A stretch of DNA of 29,450 bases. Source: an uncultured archaeon (GTDB taxonomy: Archaea; Iainarchaeota; Iainarchaeia; Iainarchaeales; CSSED10-239). The position numbers and the translations under genes are program-made. Position 1 is the first letter of the stretch. Each line of letters begins with the position of its first letter. The notes beneath the pieces are model-generated. The model saw nothing but the letters and a program-made list of their open reading frames with translations, was not told the origin of the DNA and did not search any database. The stretch spans positions 1-29,450 of the forward strand of contig CAZPGO010000026.1 in assembly GCA_964586355.1 (NCBI GenBank). The letters run 5' to 3'. This document shows, one piece after another, positions 9,007 to 16,633 of this stretch.

Positions 9007-10203
9007 TCACTTAAATAAATAAACCTCATCATTTCTTCTTACCCTTTTTTTTACCTTAATTGCAATAAGATCTCCTTTTTTTGCAATTTTTGTAAAATTA
9101 TTTTTAGATAATTGCATCTCTTTTATATTTTCTTCTAAAACACCAGTAGTTGGACCGATAATTAAAATATCATCATTAATTTTTAGAGATCTAGCTTCAA
9201 TCTTAATCTCTGCAACAGAAATTTTTCTAAAATAGTTTGTGATTTTTCCAATTCTTGTTTTTGTTTTGGTTGCTTTTGACCCTCTAGTGTCCGTCCACTC
9301 ATTTATTGGTCTACCTAAATAAAAGCCATCACTAAAATCTCTATTATAAACTGTTTTTAATTTTTCCATAAGCTCTTCTTTTTTTTTAGAAGATAGTTTT
9401 TTTTTAAAATACAGATCAATAGCGTCTCTATAAACAGATGTTACAACCTTTACATACTCTGGGGACTTTCCTCTACCTTCAATCTTTAAAGCAGAAACAT
9501 TAAGAGCTAAAATCTTTTCTAAAAAAGGTAAGGTACAAAGATCTTTTGGACTTAGTATGAAATTATTGTGTATCTCTAATTGTTTATTTGTCTCTATATC
9601 AGTTGCAATATACTCTCTTCTACAAGGCTGAATACATTTCCCTCTATTAGCTGAGTGACCATATAAAAAATGAGACATAAAACATCTTCCACTAATAGCA
9701 ACACACATAGCTCCATGAATAAATATTTCTATATCTGCCTTTGTATTTCTAATTATTTTCTTAATCTGATCTAGAGAACATTCTCTTGCAAGAACAAATC
9801 TTTTAATACCAAGTTTTTTATATTCATTAATTGATAAAGAATTACTCACACTTGCCTGAGTACTTAGATGTACCTCAAGCTTTTGCTCTCTTGCTAGTTT
9901 TATTACTCCAAGATCCCAAGAAATAATTGCATCAATTTTTGCTTTTTTTGCAGAAATTAATGTTTTCTTTATCTTGTTTATTTCATCATCAAAACATATA
10001 GTATTTAATGTTAAATATACTTTAACTTTTGAATCATGAGCAATTTTTGTGATCCTATTTAGATCTCTTAGAGTAAAATTTCTTGCAGATTCTCTCATGT
10101 TTAAGCCCTTAACACCCAAATAAACAGCATCTGCACCCCCATCAATAGCTGCTATTAACATCTCAAAGTTTGCAACTGGTGCTAGTAATATTGGTTTTTT
10201 CAT
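9007..10203 (-). CDS. Peptidase U32 family protein (Fe-S, RlhA/TrhP/UbiU-like hydroxylase family)
   Basis: The N-terminus is U32-like (LLAPVANFEMLIAAIDGGADAVYLG, TIM-barrel type). It carries the family's four-Cys cluster CVAISGRC-x15-C-IQP-C, i.e. Cx6Cx15Cx3C. Confidence 0.9.
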   Translation of the reverse strand: MKKPILLAPVANFEMLIAAIDGGADAVYLGVKGLNMRESARNFTLRDLNRITKIAHDSKVKVYLTLNTICFDDEINKIKKTLISAKKAKIDAIISWDLGVIKLAREQKLEVHLSTQASVSNSLSINEYKKLGIKRFVLARECSLDQIKKIIRNTKADIEIFIHGAMCVAISGRCFMSHFLYGHSANRGKCIQPCRREYIATDIETNKQLEIHNNFILSPKDLCTLPFLEKILALNVSALKIEGRGKSPEYVKVVTSVYRDAIDLYFKKKLSSKKKEELMEKLKTVYNRDFSDGFYLGRPINEWTDTRGSKATKTKTRIGKITNYFRKISVAEIKIEARSLKINDDILIIGPTTGVLEENIKEMQLSKNNFTKIAKKGDLIAIKVKKRVRRNDEVYLFK

Positions 10204-10221
10204 AAAAGATCTTTTTTTATT
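10183..10221. repeat. Left copy of a perfect 39-bp direct repeat (tagtaatattggttttttcataaaagatctttttttatt)
   Basis: This is identical to 11516-11554 by direct comparison. It covers the first 7 codons of the U32 gene (ATG at 10203, minus strand) plus 18 nt upstream. Confidence 0.95.
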
Positions 10222-10226
10222 AAAAT

Positions 10227-11366
10227 TTATTTAGATAATAATATGTTCTGTATTTCTTTTGCCAAAAACAAACCATCGGTTGTTTTTGTTAATATATTTA
10301 GATCAACTAATTTATTAATTACTCTTTTAGAAGTATTATAATTTTTTGTGTTAAGTATATCTTTACCTTTACTAACAGTAATATATGGATTAGAAAACAA
10401 GCTATCAAAAATAATTAATAATTTTACACTAACATTATTATCTTTTAAATAAGCTCTTGTAATTGATCTATATTCTAGTAATTTGGTAATCTTTTTAATT
10501 GTTTTTTTAGATTGATCAATAACGCCATCTAAAAAATATTCTATCCAATTATTTATTTTACTATTAGAAGATGCATTTAATAAATACTGGTAATAATTTT
10601 CTTTTTCTTTTTCAAAATATTCACTTAAATAAAGAATTGGTTTTTCTAATAAATTACACTTACATAAATACAAAATAATAAGTAATCTACCAACCCTCCC
10701 ATTCCCATCAACAAAAGGGTGTATTGATTCAAATTGATAATGTAGTATTGCAGATTTTATTAAAAAAGGAGTATCATCATCAGTGTTAAGATAGGTTAAA
10801 AAATTATTCATAAGTTCTAATAAATTTTCAGGATTTGGAGGATTATATATAGATGTTTCCAAATCACTATTTGAATAGCCAATCCAATTTTGAACAATTC
10901 TTAATTTGCCAGAATCTTTTGAAAATCCTCTAACATCTAATAATAATATTTTATTTAATCTTAATATTAATTCAAGAGAAATTTTTTCACTCTTAATTTT
11001 TTCTAGTCCTTCATTTAATGCATTTATGTAATTTAAAACCTCTTTTAGATCTTCTGTTGGGTTTTTATTAATTAAATCAGCTCTTAAAACATCAGATAAT
11101 GAAGATCGTGTACCCTCTATTTTAGAACTTAAAACAGCTTCATTTTTTAAATATGGTTTTAAAATTAAATCAGCATTAGGTAAAGTTTTTATTAAACCAG
11201 ATAATTTACCTAAATTATTATTAGATTGTTCAATTTTTTTAATTAATGTGTTGGTATAATTAATAGATATAGGTAACTTGTTTGGTATAAAAACAACATA
11301 TTTTTTATTATCTCTATTTATTGAAATTATTTTACCATTTGGCTTCTTAAAGTTTTTTGTGTCCAC
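10227..11366 (-). CDS. fic: Fic family protein (AMPylase-type), class II with N-terminal inhibitory helix and C-terminal wHTH-like region
   Basis: The Fic active-site motif is HPFVDGNGRVGRLL (HPFxDGNGRxxR). The inhibitory-helix motif SxxxEG appears as SSKIEGT upstream of the core. The ~90-aa C-terminal tail is typical of Fic proteins with a winged-helix domain. The start is GTG at 11366, and there is no in-frame ATG near the N-terminus. Confidence 0.9.
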   Translation of the reverse strand: MDTKNFKKPNGKIISINRDNKKYVVFIPNKLPISINYTNTLIKKIEQSNNNLGKLSGLIKTLPNADLILKPYLKNEAVLSSKIEGTRSSLSDVLRADLINKNPTEDLKEVLNYINALNEGLEKIKSEKISLELILRLNKILLLDVRGFSKDSGKLRIVQNWIGYSNSDLETSIYNPPNPENLLELMNNFLTYLNTDDDTPFLIKSAILHYQFESIHPFVDGNGRVGRLLIILYLCKCNLLEKPILYLSEYFEKEKENYYQYLLNASSNSKINNWIEYFLDGVIDQSKKTIKKITKLLEYRSITRAYLKDNNVSVKLLIIFDSLFSNPYITVSKGKDILNTKNYNTSKRVINKLVDLNILTKTTDGLFLAKEIQNILLSK

Positions 11367-11410
11367 AAATATTTAATGATTAAACTTGTATTTAAATATA
11401 TCATTTAATA

Positions 11411-11436
11411 GTGCCAAAAATGGTTGTTTTTGGCAC
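11411..11436. promoter_or_regulatory. Perfect 10-bp inverted repeat gtgccaaaaa-N6-tttttggcac upstream of fic (operator or RNA hairpin)
   Basis: Read directly from the sequence: 11411-11420 is the reverse complement of 11427-11436. It lies 45-70 nt upstream of the fic start, inside the inserted segment. Confidence 0.5.
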
Positions 11437-11451
11437 AGTTGTTAAAATTAG

Positions 11452-11465
11452 TGCCAATTTTGGCA
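11452..11465. promoter_or_regulatory. Second TGCCAA/TTGGCA inverted repeat (tgccaa-tt-ttggca)
   Basis: It uses the same half-site as the 11411-11436 palindrome but with a 2-nt spacer, and lies 15 nt further upstream. Confidence 0.4.
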
Positions 11466-11500
11466 ATGATATTTGTTATTTAAAAATTTTATGATTTGCC

Positions 11501-11536
11501 CTATATTAATCTTAATAGTAATATTGGTTTTTTCAT
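11501..11536 (-). pseudogene. Duplicated 5' fragment of the U32 gene (MKKPILL + LRLI*), remnant at the right cassette boundary
   Basis: The ATG at 11536 (minus strand) and the next 6 codons are identical to the true U32 start, because they lie in the 39-bp repeat. The frame then stops after 11 codons. Confidence 0.6.
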
Positions 11537-11554
11537 AAAAGATCTTTTTTTATT
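11516..11554. repeat. Right copy of the perfect 39-bp direct repeat
   Basis: Identical to 10183-10221. Confidence 0.95.
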
Positions 11555-11605
11555 TAAATATATTATATAAATATTAATACAAAACAAATAAAAAAGAAAA
11601 CAATT

Positions 11606-12379
11606 ATGCAAAAAATAAAAGAATTTTATAATATACACCAATATCCTAAAAGTAATCAATATACTTCTAATCAAAAAAGAACAAATAAAAAAATAATCAC
11701 AAAAATACTTAGATCAGCAAATTTAACAGAAAAAGATCTTTATAATAAAAGAATATTGGATGTTGGGTGCGGGACTGGGGAAAAATCCATCTATTTTTCA
11801 AAAAATGGGGCAAAAGAAGTTGTTAGTGTTGATTTTTCTTTAGGACAGTTAAATGAAATTAAAAAAAGAATAAAGAAAGAGAATCTTAAAAATATTATAA
11901 TAAAAGAAAAAGATATTATTAAAGATAACTTAGAAGATCTAAAAAAATTTGATCTGATCTTTTGTCTAGGTGTATTACACCACACAGAAGATCCTTATTT
12001 AGGATTTAAAAAAATCGCCTCTTTATTAAAAAAAGAGGGAATTATAGTAATTGGACTATACCACAAATACTCCAGAATTAGATATAAAATACAAAGAATA
12101 TTACTAAGAACCTTTGTAAGCAAAGATCCAAAAAAGATCATAAAATTTTTATTAACCTCAAAACTTACAAAAAAATTTAGAAAAGCACCTCTCTCTACTC
12201 TTTATGATAGGTATGCTGTGCCTTATGAATCTTATCATACCCTAAGAGAAGTAAAAAAATGGTTTAAAAAAAACAATATAAAAATAATTAATTACAAAAA
12301 TATAAAATACAAAATAGAGATATTTAACCTTTTTGAGAAAAAAAGCATATTTTTTGTAGGAGGTGAAAGGTTTATATAG
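11606..12379 (+). CDS. Class I SAM-dependent methyltransferase
   Basis: SAM motif I is ILDVGCGTGEKS, the acidic post-I residue is in VVSVDFS, and motif IV-like is DLIFCLGVLHHTEDP. The substrate is unknown. Confidence 0.85.
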   Translation: MQKIKEFYNIHQYPKSNQYTSNQKRTNKKIITKILRSANLTEKDLYNKRILDVGCGTGEKSIYFSKNGAKEVVSVDFSLGQLNEIKKRIKKENLKNIIIKEKDIIKDNLEDLKKFDLIFCLGVLHHTEDPYLGFKKIASLLKKEGIIVIGLYHKYSRIRYKIQRILLRTFVSKDPKKIIKFLLTSKLTKKFRKAPLSTLYDRYAVPYESYHTLREVKKWFKKNNIKIINYKNIKYKIEIFNLFEKKSIFFVGGERFI

Positions 12380-12423
12380 ATTTCTGCAATACATGTTATT
12401 AAAATTTGGAGGTGTTAAAAAAC

Positions 12424-12879
12424 ATGTTTAAAGACTTATCATTAAATCAATTTATGGCAAAATTTCTGTCAATATGTAGTTGGGGTATTGGTGGTATTTA
12501 TTTACTATATGGAATATTTATTTTATGGTTACCAAAACTATTAGAGAGTATTGAATCATTTGCTGTTTTTGATTTTAGTGCTGTAGCAGTTGCACAAAAT
12601 TTAATAGCTGTTTTCTTTTTTGTGTTAGCAATTTACTCATTTATTACAGCATATGGTTTAGGTAAATATAAAAATTATGGAAGAATAATGTTATTGATTC
12701 CATTATATCTTGCAGCAATATCAGTAGTTCTATTTATTATTGGTGCTGTGATTTCAATGTTTACTAGCTTTTTTGTTGGTTTAGTATTATTTGCTATGGG
12801 TTTATTCTATGGGTTTGTGGTATATCTATTGATCTACCTATTCCAATCACAAAAAGAAATGAAAGCAGTTTTTAAGTAA
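12424..12879 (+). CDS. Hypothetical integral membrane protein (4 predicted TM helices)
   Basis: The sequence is hydrophobic throughout. I prefer the ATG at 12424, preceded by ggaggtg at 12408-12414, over the TTG at 12406 used in the ORF track. Confidence 0.65.
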   Translation: MFKDLSLNQFMAKFLSICSWGIGGIYLLYGIFILWLPKLLESIESFAVFDFSAVAVAQNLIAVFFFVLAIYSFITAYGLGKYKNYGRIMLLIPLYLAAISVVLFIIGAVISMFTSFFVGLVLFAMGLFYGFVVYLLIYLFQSQKEMKAVFK

Positions 12880-12888
12880 ACTAAAAAT

Positions 12889-12927
12889 GCCCCTGCATAA
12901 CTTTTGCAGGGTTTTTGCTTTTTTTTT
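12889..12927. terminator. Bidirectional hairpin + T-tract between convergent genes
   Basis: A 7-bp GC-containing stem pairs ccctgca (12891-12897) with tgcaggg (12905-12911) around a 7-nt loop. It is followed by tttttgcttttttttt on the plus strand and by cattttt on the minus strand. It is the only GC-rich hairpin I saw in an intergenic gap. Confidence 0.5.
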
Positions 12928-13888
12928 AAAACATTTTATTTTTCCAAAGAACATACATTCCAAAAAAAGAAAATAACATAATAATGACCATAACCACTAA
13001 AAAAGCCTGAGGGTGATGATCAAACGGTAAAGGCACATTCATACCATAGATTCCAGCAACCATTGTTGGTATTGCAATTACTATTGTAATAGAGGTTAAT
13101 AGTTTCATAATCTTATTTAGATTATTACTTGTAAGAGAATTAAACAGATCAGTGGTATCAGTAATAATTGTTTTGTAGATAGCAGTTGTAATTATTGCTT
13201 GTTTATTTTCATCAATAATATCATTTATTACATCCTTATCATCTTCAGAATACACAAAATCCTTATTTCTTGCTATTTTTTCAATTAAGATTTGATCTGT
13301 CTTTAAGGATGTATTAAAATAAACCAAAGACTTTTTTAGATCTAATAGATCATAGATATCTTTATTTTTTTGAACAATTTCAACCTTTTCTTCAATATTT
13401 TTAATTTTTCTATCAATTTCTTTTAAATATTTTAGATAGGTTCTAGAAGAGACCAATAATAACCTTAATAATAATAAACTTTTTGTAAACTTAAACCTTT
13501 TTGATTTTAATAGATCTATAATTTCATTATTTCTAAAACAAATAGTAACTATATAATCCTTATTAATCATAATACCTAAAGGCAAGGTAATATACTCAAC
13601 AGCAGAAAGAAATTTGCTTTCTGGATCTTTTGAAGTTACTTTATGTGGTGTTCTTGTAATTATAAAATATTTCTCTTTATATTTTTCCATATAAGGAATT
13701 TCTTCAGTATCCTCTAAAGAATTAATATCTTCCTTAAACCCCTGGTAATCAACTTCCTTTATTTTTAAGATCTTTGATAGATATTCAATCTCTCTAGTAT
13801 CAGGATTAACAACATTAATCCAGGTGTTTTTTGTGGGTTTTTTTAGGACCAATAATCCTTTTTCTGTTTGTTTTAGTATTTCTATCAT
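12926..13888 (-). CDS. corA: Magnesium/cobalt transporter CorA family
   Basis: The 320-aa protein has a cytoplasmic N-domain and two C-terminal TM helices with the signature YGMNV (AGIYGMNVPLPF). Confidence 0.9.
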   Translation of the reverse strand: MIEILKQTEKGLLVLKKPTKNTWINVVNPDTREIEYLSKILKIKEVDYQGFKEDINSLEDTEEIPYMEKYKEKYFIITRTPHKVTSKDPESKFLSAVEYITLPLGIMINKDYIVTICFRNNEIIDLLKSKRFKFTKSLLLLRLLLVSSRTYLKYLKEIDRKIKNIEEKVEIVQKNKDIYDLLDLKKSLVYFNTSLKTDQILIEKIARNKDFVYSEDDKDVINDIIDENKQAIITTAIYKTIITDTTDLFNSLTSNNLNKIMKLLTSITIVIAIPTMVAGIYGMNVPLPFDHHPQAFLVVMVIIMLFSFFGMYVLWKNKMF

Positions 13889-14112
13889 GGTAAGATCACA
13901 TTTTTTAAAAAAACTTTTAAAAATAGGTTTAAAAGATAAATAATGTTTTTTTATAAATTAATATAAATATACTTAATTGGATAGATTTATAAATATTTAA
14001 TATATTATGTAATATATAATAAAACAAATAATAACTATAAAAAGTTAATTTTCAATAAAAAAAATTAATTTGAACAAAAAAATAATAATTAAAAATAGGG
14101 AAAGATTTAAAT

Positions 14113-16419
14113 ATGAACAAAAAAATAATTTTATTAGTGTCAATACTTTTGGTGATCTTATTCTCATCACAGATTTTTGCATATGAGACAAAAGGAGAAA
14201 TTCCACATTTAGCAAATACTAATAAAGGTGGTATTTTTAATTTGCAAATTGAAGATGTAGAATTTGTAAAATATATTCAACCCCTTAAAATTCCAAGCGT
14301 TGGGGATAAATTGTATTGCGGTCATATTGAACTTAAAACAAGTGTTTTATCTGGAAATTCTAAAGATTTAGCTTTAAGCATATTAATGGCTATACCATTT
14401 ACAGATAAATCAATATACCCAAAATATATAGAAGAAATTTATTTATCTGGATATGAAGGTAAAAATCAATTTATATCTAGACAAAATAAAAAAATATGGA
14501 TGTATTCTCCAAGTTCTAATAGTAGGACTCATAAAATGTATTTATATGATGAAGAATTGTGTTCTGCAAAAACTTTAGATTTTTATATTTTTAAACCATA
14601 TTATCCATTAGTTGCAAAAACAACAAAAATGGGATTGTTTACTTCTTTGAGCGTAATTATTCCTGCATTAAATTTAGTGAATATATTTGATTTTACTTCA
14701 GATAGTGTATTTGAGGATTATCAAGAAAAAGTTTATGTTCATCATTATAAAAGGGGCGTTTTTAATCACAAATATGTTATCAGCGCATTTGATTTAGAAA
14801 AAGATGCTGCAAAATTATATAATATAAATAACACAGAAAATTATAGTGATGGATCTGCATATTTTTATAATGCAGATTACGCATATGGTATTCCAGAAAC
14901 AAACAAAAATGTAAAAAAAGAAAATAATACTGTAGATACTGTTGAAAAAGAAGACGATACTGTAGATACTGTTGAAAAAGAAAAAGAAACAGAAAAAGAA
15001 ACAATTACATTAAAACAAGAACAACTAAAAATAAATAAAATAATAAATAAAGAAAACAATGAAGAACTAGTCTATGATATAGAAAATAATAGATATTATT
15101 TTGTTTCTGATAACTTAAATGCAGATGTATATTTAGATTCAGCTTATAACCAAAATAAAGAGATCTGTTACCTATTTACAGATCTATCAAATCTTAACCA
15201 AGAAAACATTAATTCTTTTGTAATTAACCATCTAAAAGGAGAAACAGTTACAGAGTTATCAAATGTTACTTGTACTAACAATGTAAATTCTGGAAAAATA
15301 TCTTTAGAAAACATTTCTGAAAATAAATTTTTATTAGTCTTACAAAGAAAGGATTTAGAAAATCTTCTAGTTTCAAAAACTAGAATAATTAAGATCTCTA
15401 AAGAAGCTTATTTAAATTTTGTAAGATATGAAATAAATAAAAAAATTGCAACCTTTTTTTGTCCAAATTGTAATTATCCTAAATTTAATTTCGATCTTTC
15501 AACAACAGAACAAAATATTATAATTCCAGAAATAACTGTTGATATAGAAGAAAGCAACGAAAATATTGTTGATTCAGAAACTTCAACACAAGAACAAACA
15601 GATGATTCAACAAATACTTGTTCAATTTACAAACAAAATTCATTAGATGAATATATCTCTTGTTTAAAAAATAATTTGAATGTGTTTGATATAACTAAAA
15701 TTTATGATTATGGGGGCAGTAGTGGAACAGGTAGTGAATTGATGAATATAAAATATAATGATTCCTCTAATTGTTATAATAATTCTGAATTTAATAACTT
15801 GATTTTTAATACTGCACAAAAATTAAACTTAACAGAAGAAGAAACTGCTCAATTGTGGGCCAGAATAGCAGCAGAGTCAGGTTGTAGTGTAACTTGTGGG
15901 GCTGGTTCTAATTGCGGAAGTGATGGAGTTGCTCAAATTATGGTAAGTGTTTGGACTGAAGAATATAATAGACTAAAATCTAAATTACTTGATATTAATC
16001 CAAGCAAATATAGTACAGAAACTAAATACAAAACAGAATTAGAAAATAGTAGAACAGACCAAGAAACCTCTTTAGAAATATCTACTGCAATAAATAGAAT
16101 GAATTTAGCAAATGTTATAAACTCTTCAAAAAATTCAACAAAACCAATAACTACAGAAATGTATACAACTTATGATCATAATTCTGCAATAAATGTGAAA
16201 TTTATTTCAGCATATTTATACTGTTCTCCAAATTATTCTTTTTTTAGTGGGGGCTTAAATCAAGTATATAAAAATGAAGGGTGTGCTTATACTGCATTTC
16301 ACAAAATGGGTTATTATTTAGGTTATAAAAAAATGATTTATGATTGTAGTAAAGAAGAAATATCTAATAGCTTTGTAGATGCATATAAAAATAAATATCA
16401 AGGAAAATATTGTAAATAA
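14113..16419 (+). CDS. Large secreted Cys-rich protein with C-terminal lytic-transglycosylase (SLT/goose-lysozyme)-like domain
   Basis: The signal peptide is MNKKIILLVSILLVILFSSQIFA. An acidic repeat linker follows (TVDTVEKE x2, KETEKE). The C-terminal segment WARIAAESGCSVTCGAGSNCGSDGVAQIM matches the SLT catalytic E-S motif followed about 15 aa later by G-x-x-Q-I. The last ~250 aa contain many Cys. Confidence 0.7.
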   Translation: MNKKIILLVSILLVILFSSQIFAYETKGEIPHLANTNKGGIFNLQIEDVEFVKYIQPLKIPSVGDKLYCGHIELKTSVLSGNSKDLALSILMAIPFTDKSIYPKYIEEIYLSGYEGKNQFISRQNKKIWMYSPSSNSRTHKMYLYDEELCSAKTLDFYIFKPYYPLVAKTTKMGLFTSLSVIIPALNLVNIFDFTSDSVFEDYQEKVYVHHYKRGVFNHKYVISAFDLEKDAAKLYNINNTENYSDGSAYFYNADYAYGIPETNKNVKKENNTVDTVEKEDDTVDTVEKEKETEKETITLKQEQLKINKIINKENNEELVYDIENNRYYFVSDNLNADVYLDSAYNQNKEICYLFTDLSNLNQENINSFVINHLKGETVTELSNVTCTNNVNSGKISLENISENKFLLVLQRKDLENLLVSKTRIIKISKEAYLNFVRYEINKKIATFFCPNCNYPKFNFDLSTTEQNIIIPEITVDIEESNENIVDSETSTQEQTDDSTNTCSIYKQNSLDEYISCLKNNLNVFDITKIYDYGGSSGTGSELMNIKYNDSSNCYNNSEFNNLIFNTAQKLNLTEEETAQLWARIAAESGCSVTCGAGSNCGSDGVAQIMVSVWTEEYNRLKSKLLDINPSKYSTETKYKTELENSRTDQETSLEISTAINRMNLANVINSSKNSTKPITTEMYTTYDHNSAINVKFISAYLYCSPNYSFFSGGLNQVYKNEGCAYTAFHKMGYYLGYKKMIYDCSKEEISNSFVDAYKNKYQGKYCK
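14927..14982 (+). repeat. In-frame tandem duplication, 26 bp perfect at 30-bp period (atactgtagatactgttgaaaaagaa)
   Basis: 14927-14952 is identical to 14957-14982. It encodes (N/D)TVDTVEKE twice, followed by KEKETEKE. Confidence 0.9.
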
Positions 16420-16439
16420 AAAAAAGAGCGATATAAAAA

Positions 16440-16631
16440 ATGTTTAAAAAAATGAATAAAAAGATTCAAAAGTTTACAGTCTGCGATATAGGAATGATTA
16501 AATGGTCTGTGTTTTTCTTTGCATTGATGATTGCTGTGTTAATTCCTCAATTACTAAGGGTAGATTGGTATATTTATGGAATATTATTTGTGCTATTTGC
16601 AATAAAACCAATGATCAAGATCTTTAAATAA
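16440..16631 (+). CDS. Small hypothetical membrane protein (2 TM)
   Basis: This 63-aa ORF starts 20 nt after the secreted-protein gene and has two hydrophobic helices. There is no homology evidence. Confidence 0.45.
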   Translation: MFKKMNKKIQKFTVCDIGMIKWSVFFFALMIAVLIPQLLRVDWYIYGILFVLFAIKPMIKIFK

Positions 16632-16633
16632 GA

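Larger units (their letters stand above)
10183..11554 (-). mobile_element. Putative inserted single-gene (fic) cassette delimited by 39-bp direct repeats; no recombinase present
   Basis: Perfect 39-bp direct repeats flank 1294 bp that contain only fic and its palindrome-bearing upstream region. The right-hand repeat carries a dead copy of the U32 start. Confidence 0.5.

Noticed and set aside
11427-11446. TGGCAC-N5-TT... resembling a sigma-54 -24/-12 promoter.
   Set aside because: The -12 element is TTAA rather than TTGC. The organism looks archaeal, so it has no sigma-54. The TGGCAC is fully explained as one arm of the palindrome.
12380-12391. A shared 12-mer, atttctgcaata, lies directly after TATA-like boxes at 12380-12391 and 25795-25806.
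   Set aside because: A rough estimate gives hundreds of chance 12-mer coincidences within an AT-rich 29-kb window, so two copies are not significant. It would only be worth revisiting with genome-wide promoter alignments.
14070-14130. The gene start tgaacaaaaaaataat is duplicated about 43 nt upstream of the secreted-protein ATG.
   Set aside because: It is only ~16 nt of A-rich sequence, out of frame with the gene, and well within chance expectation for this composition.
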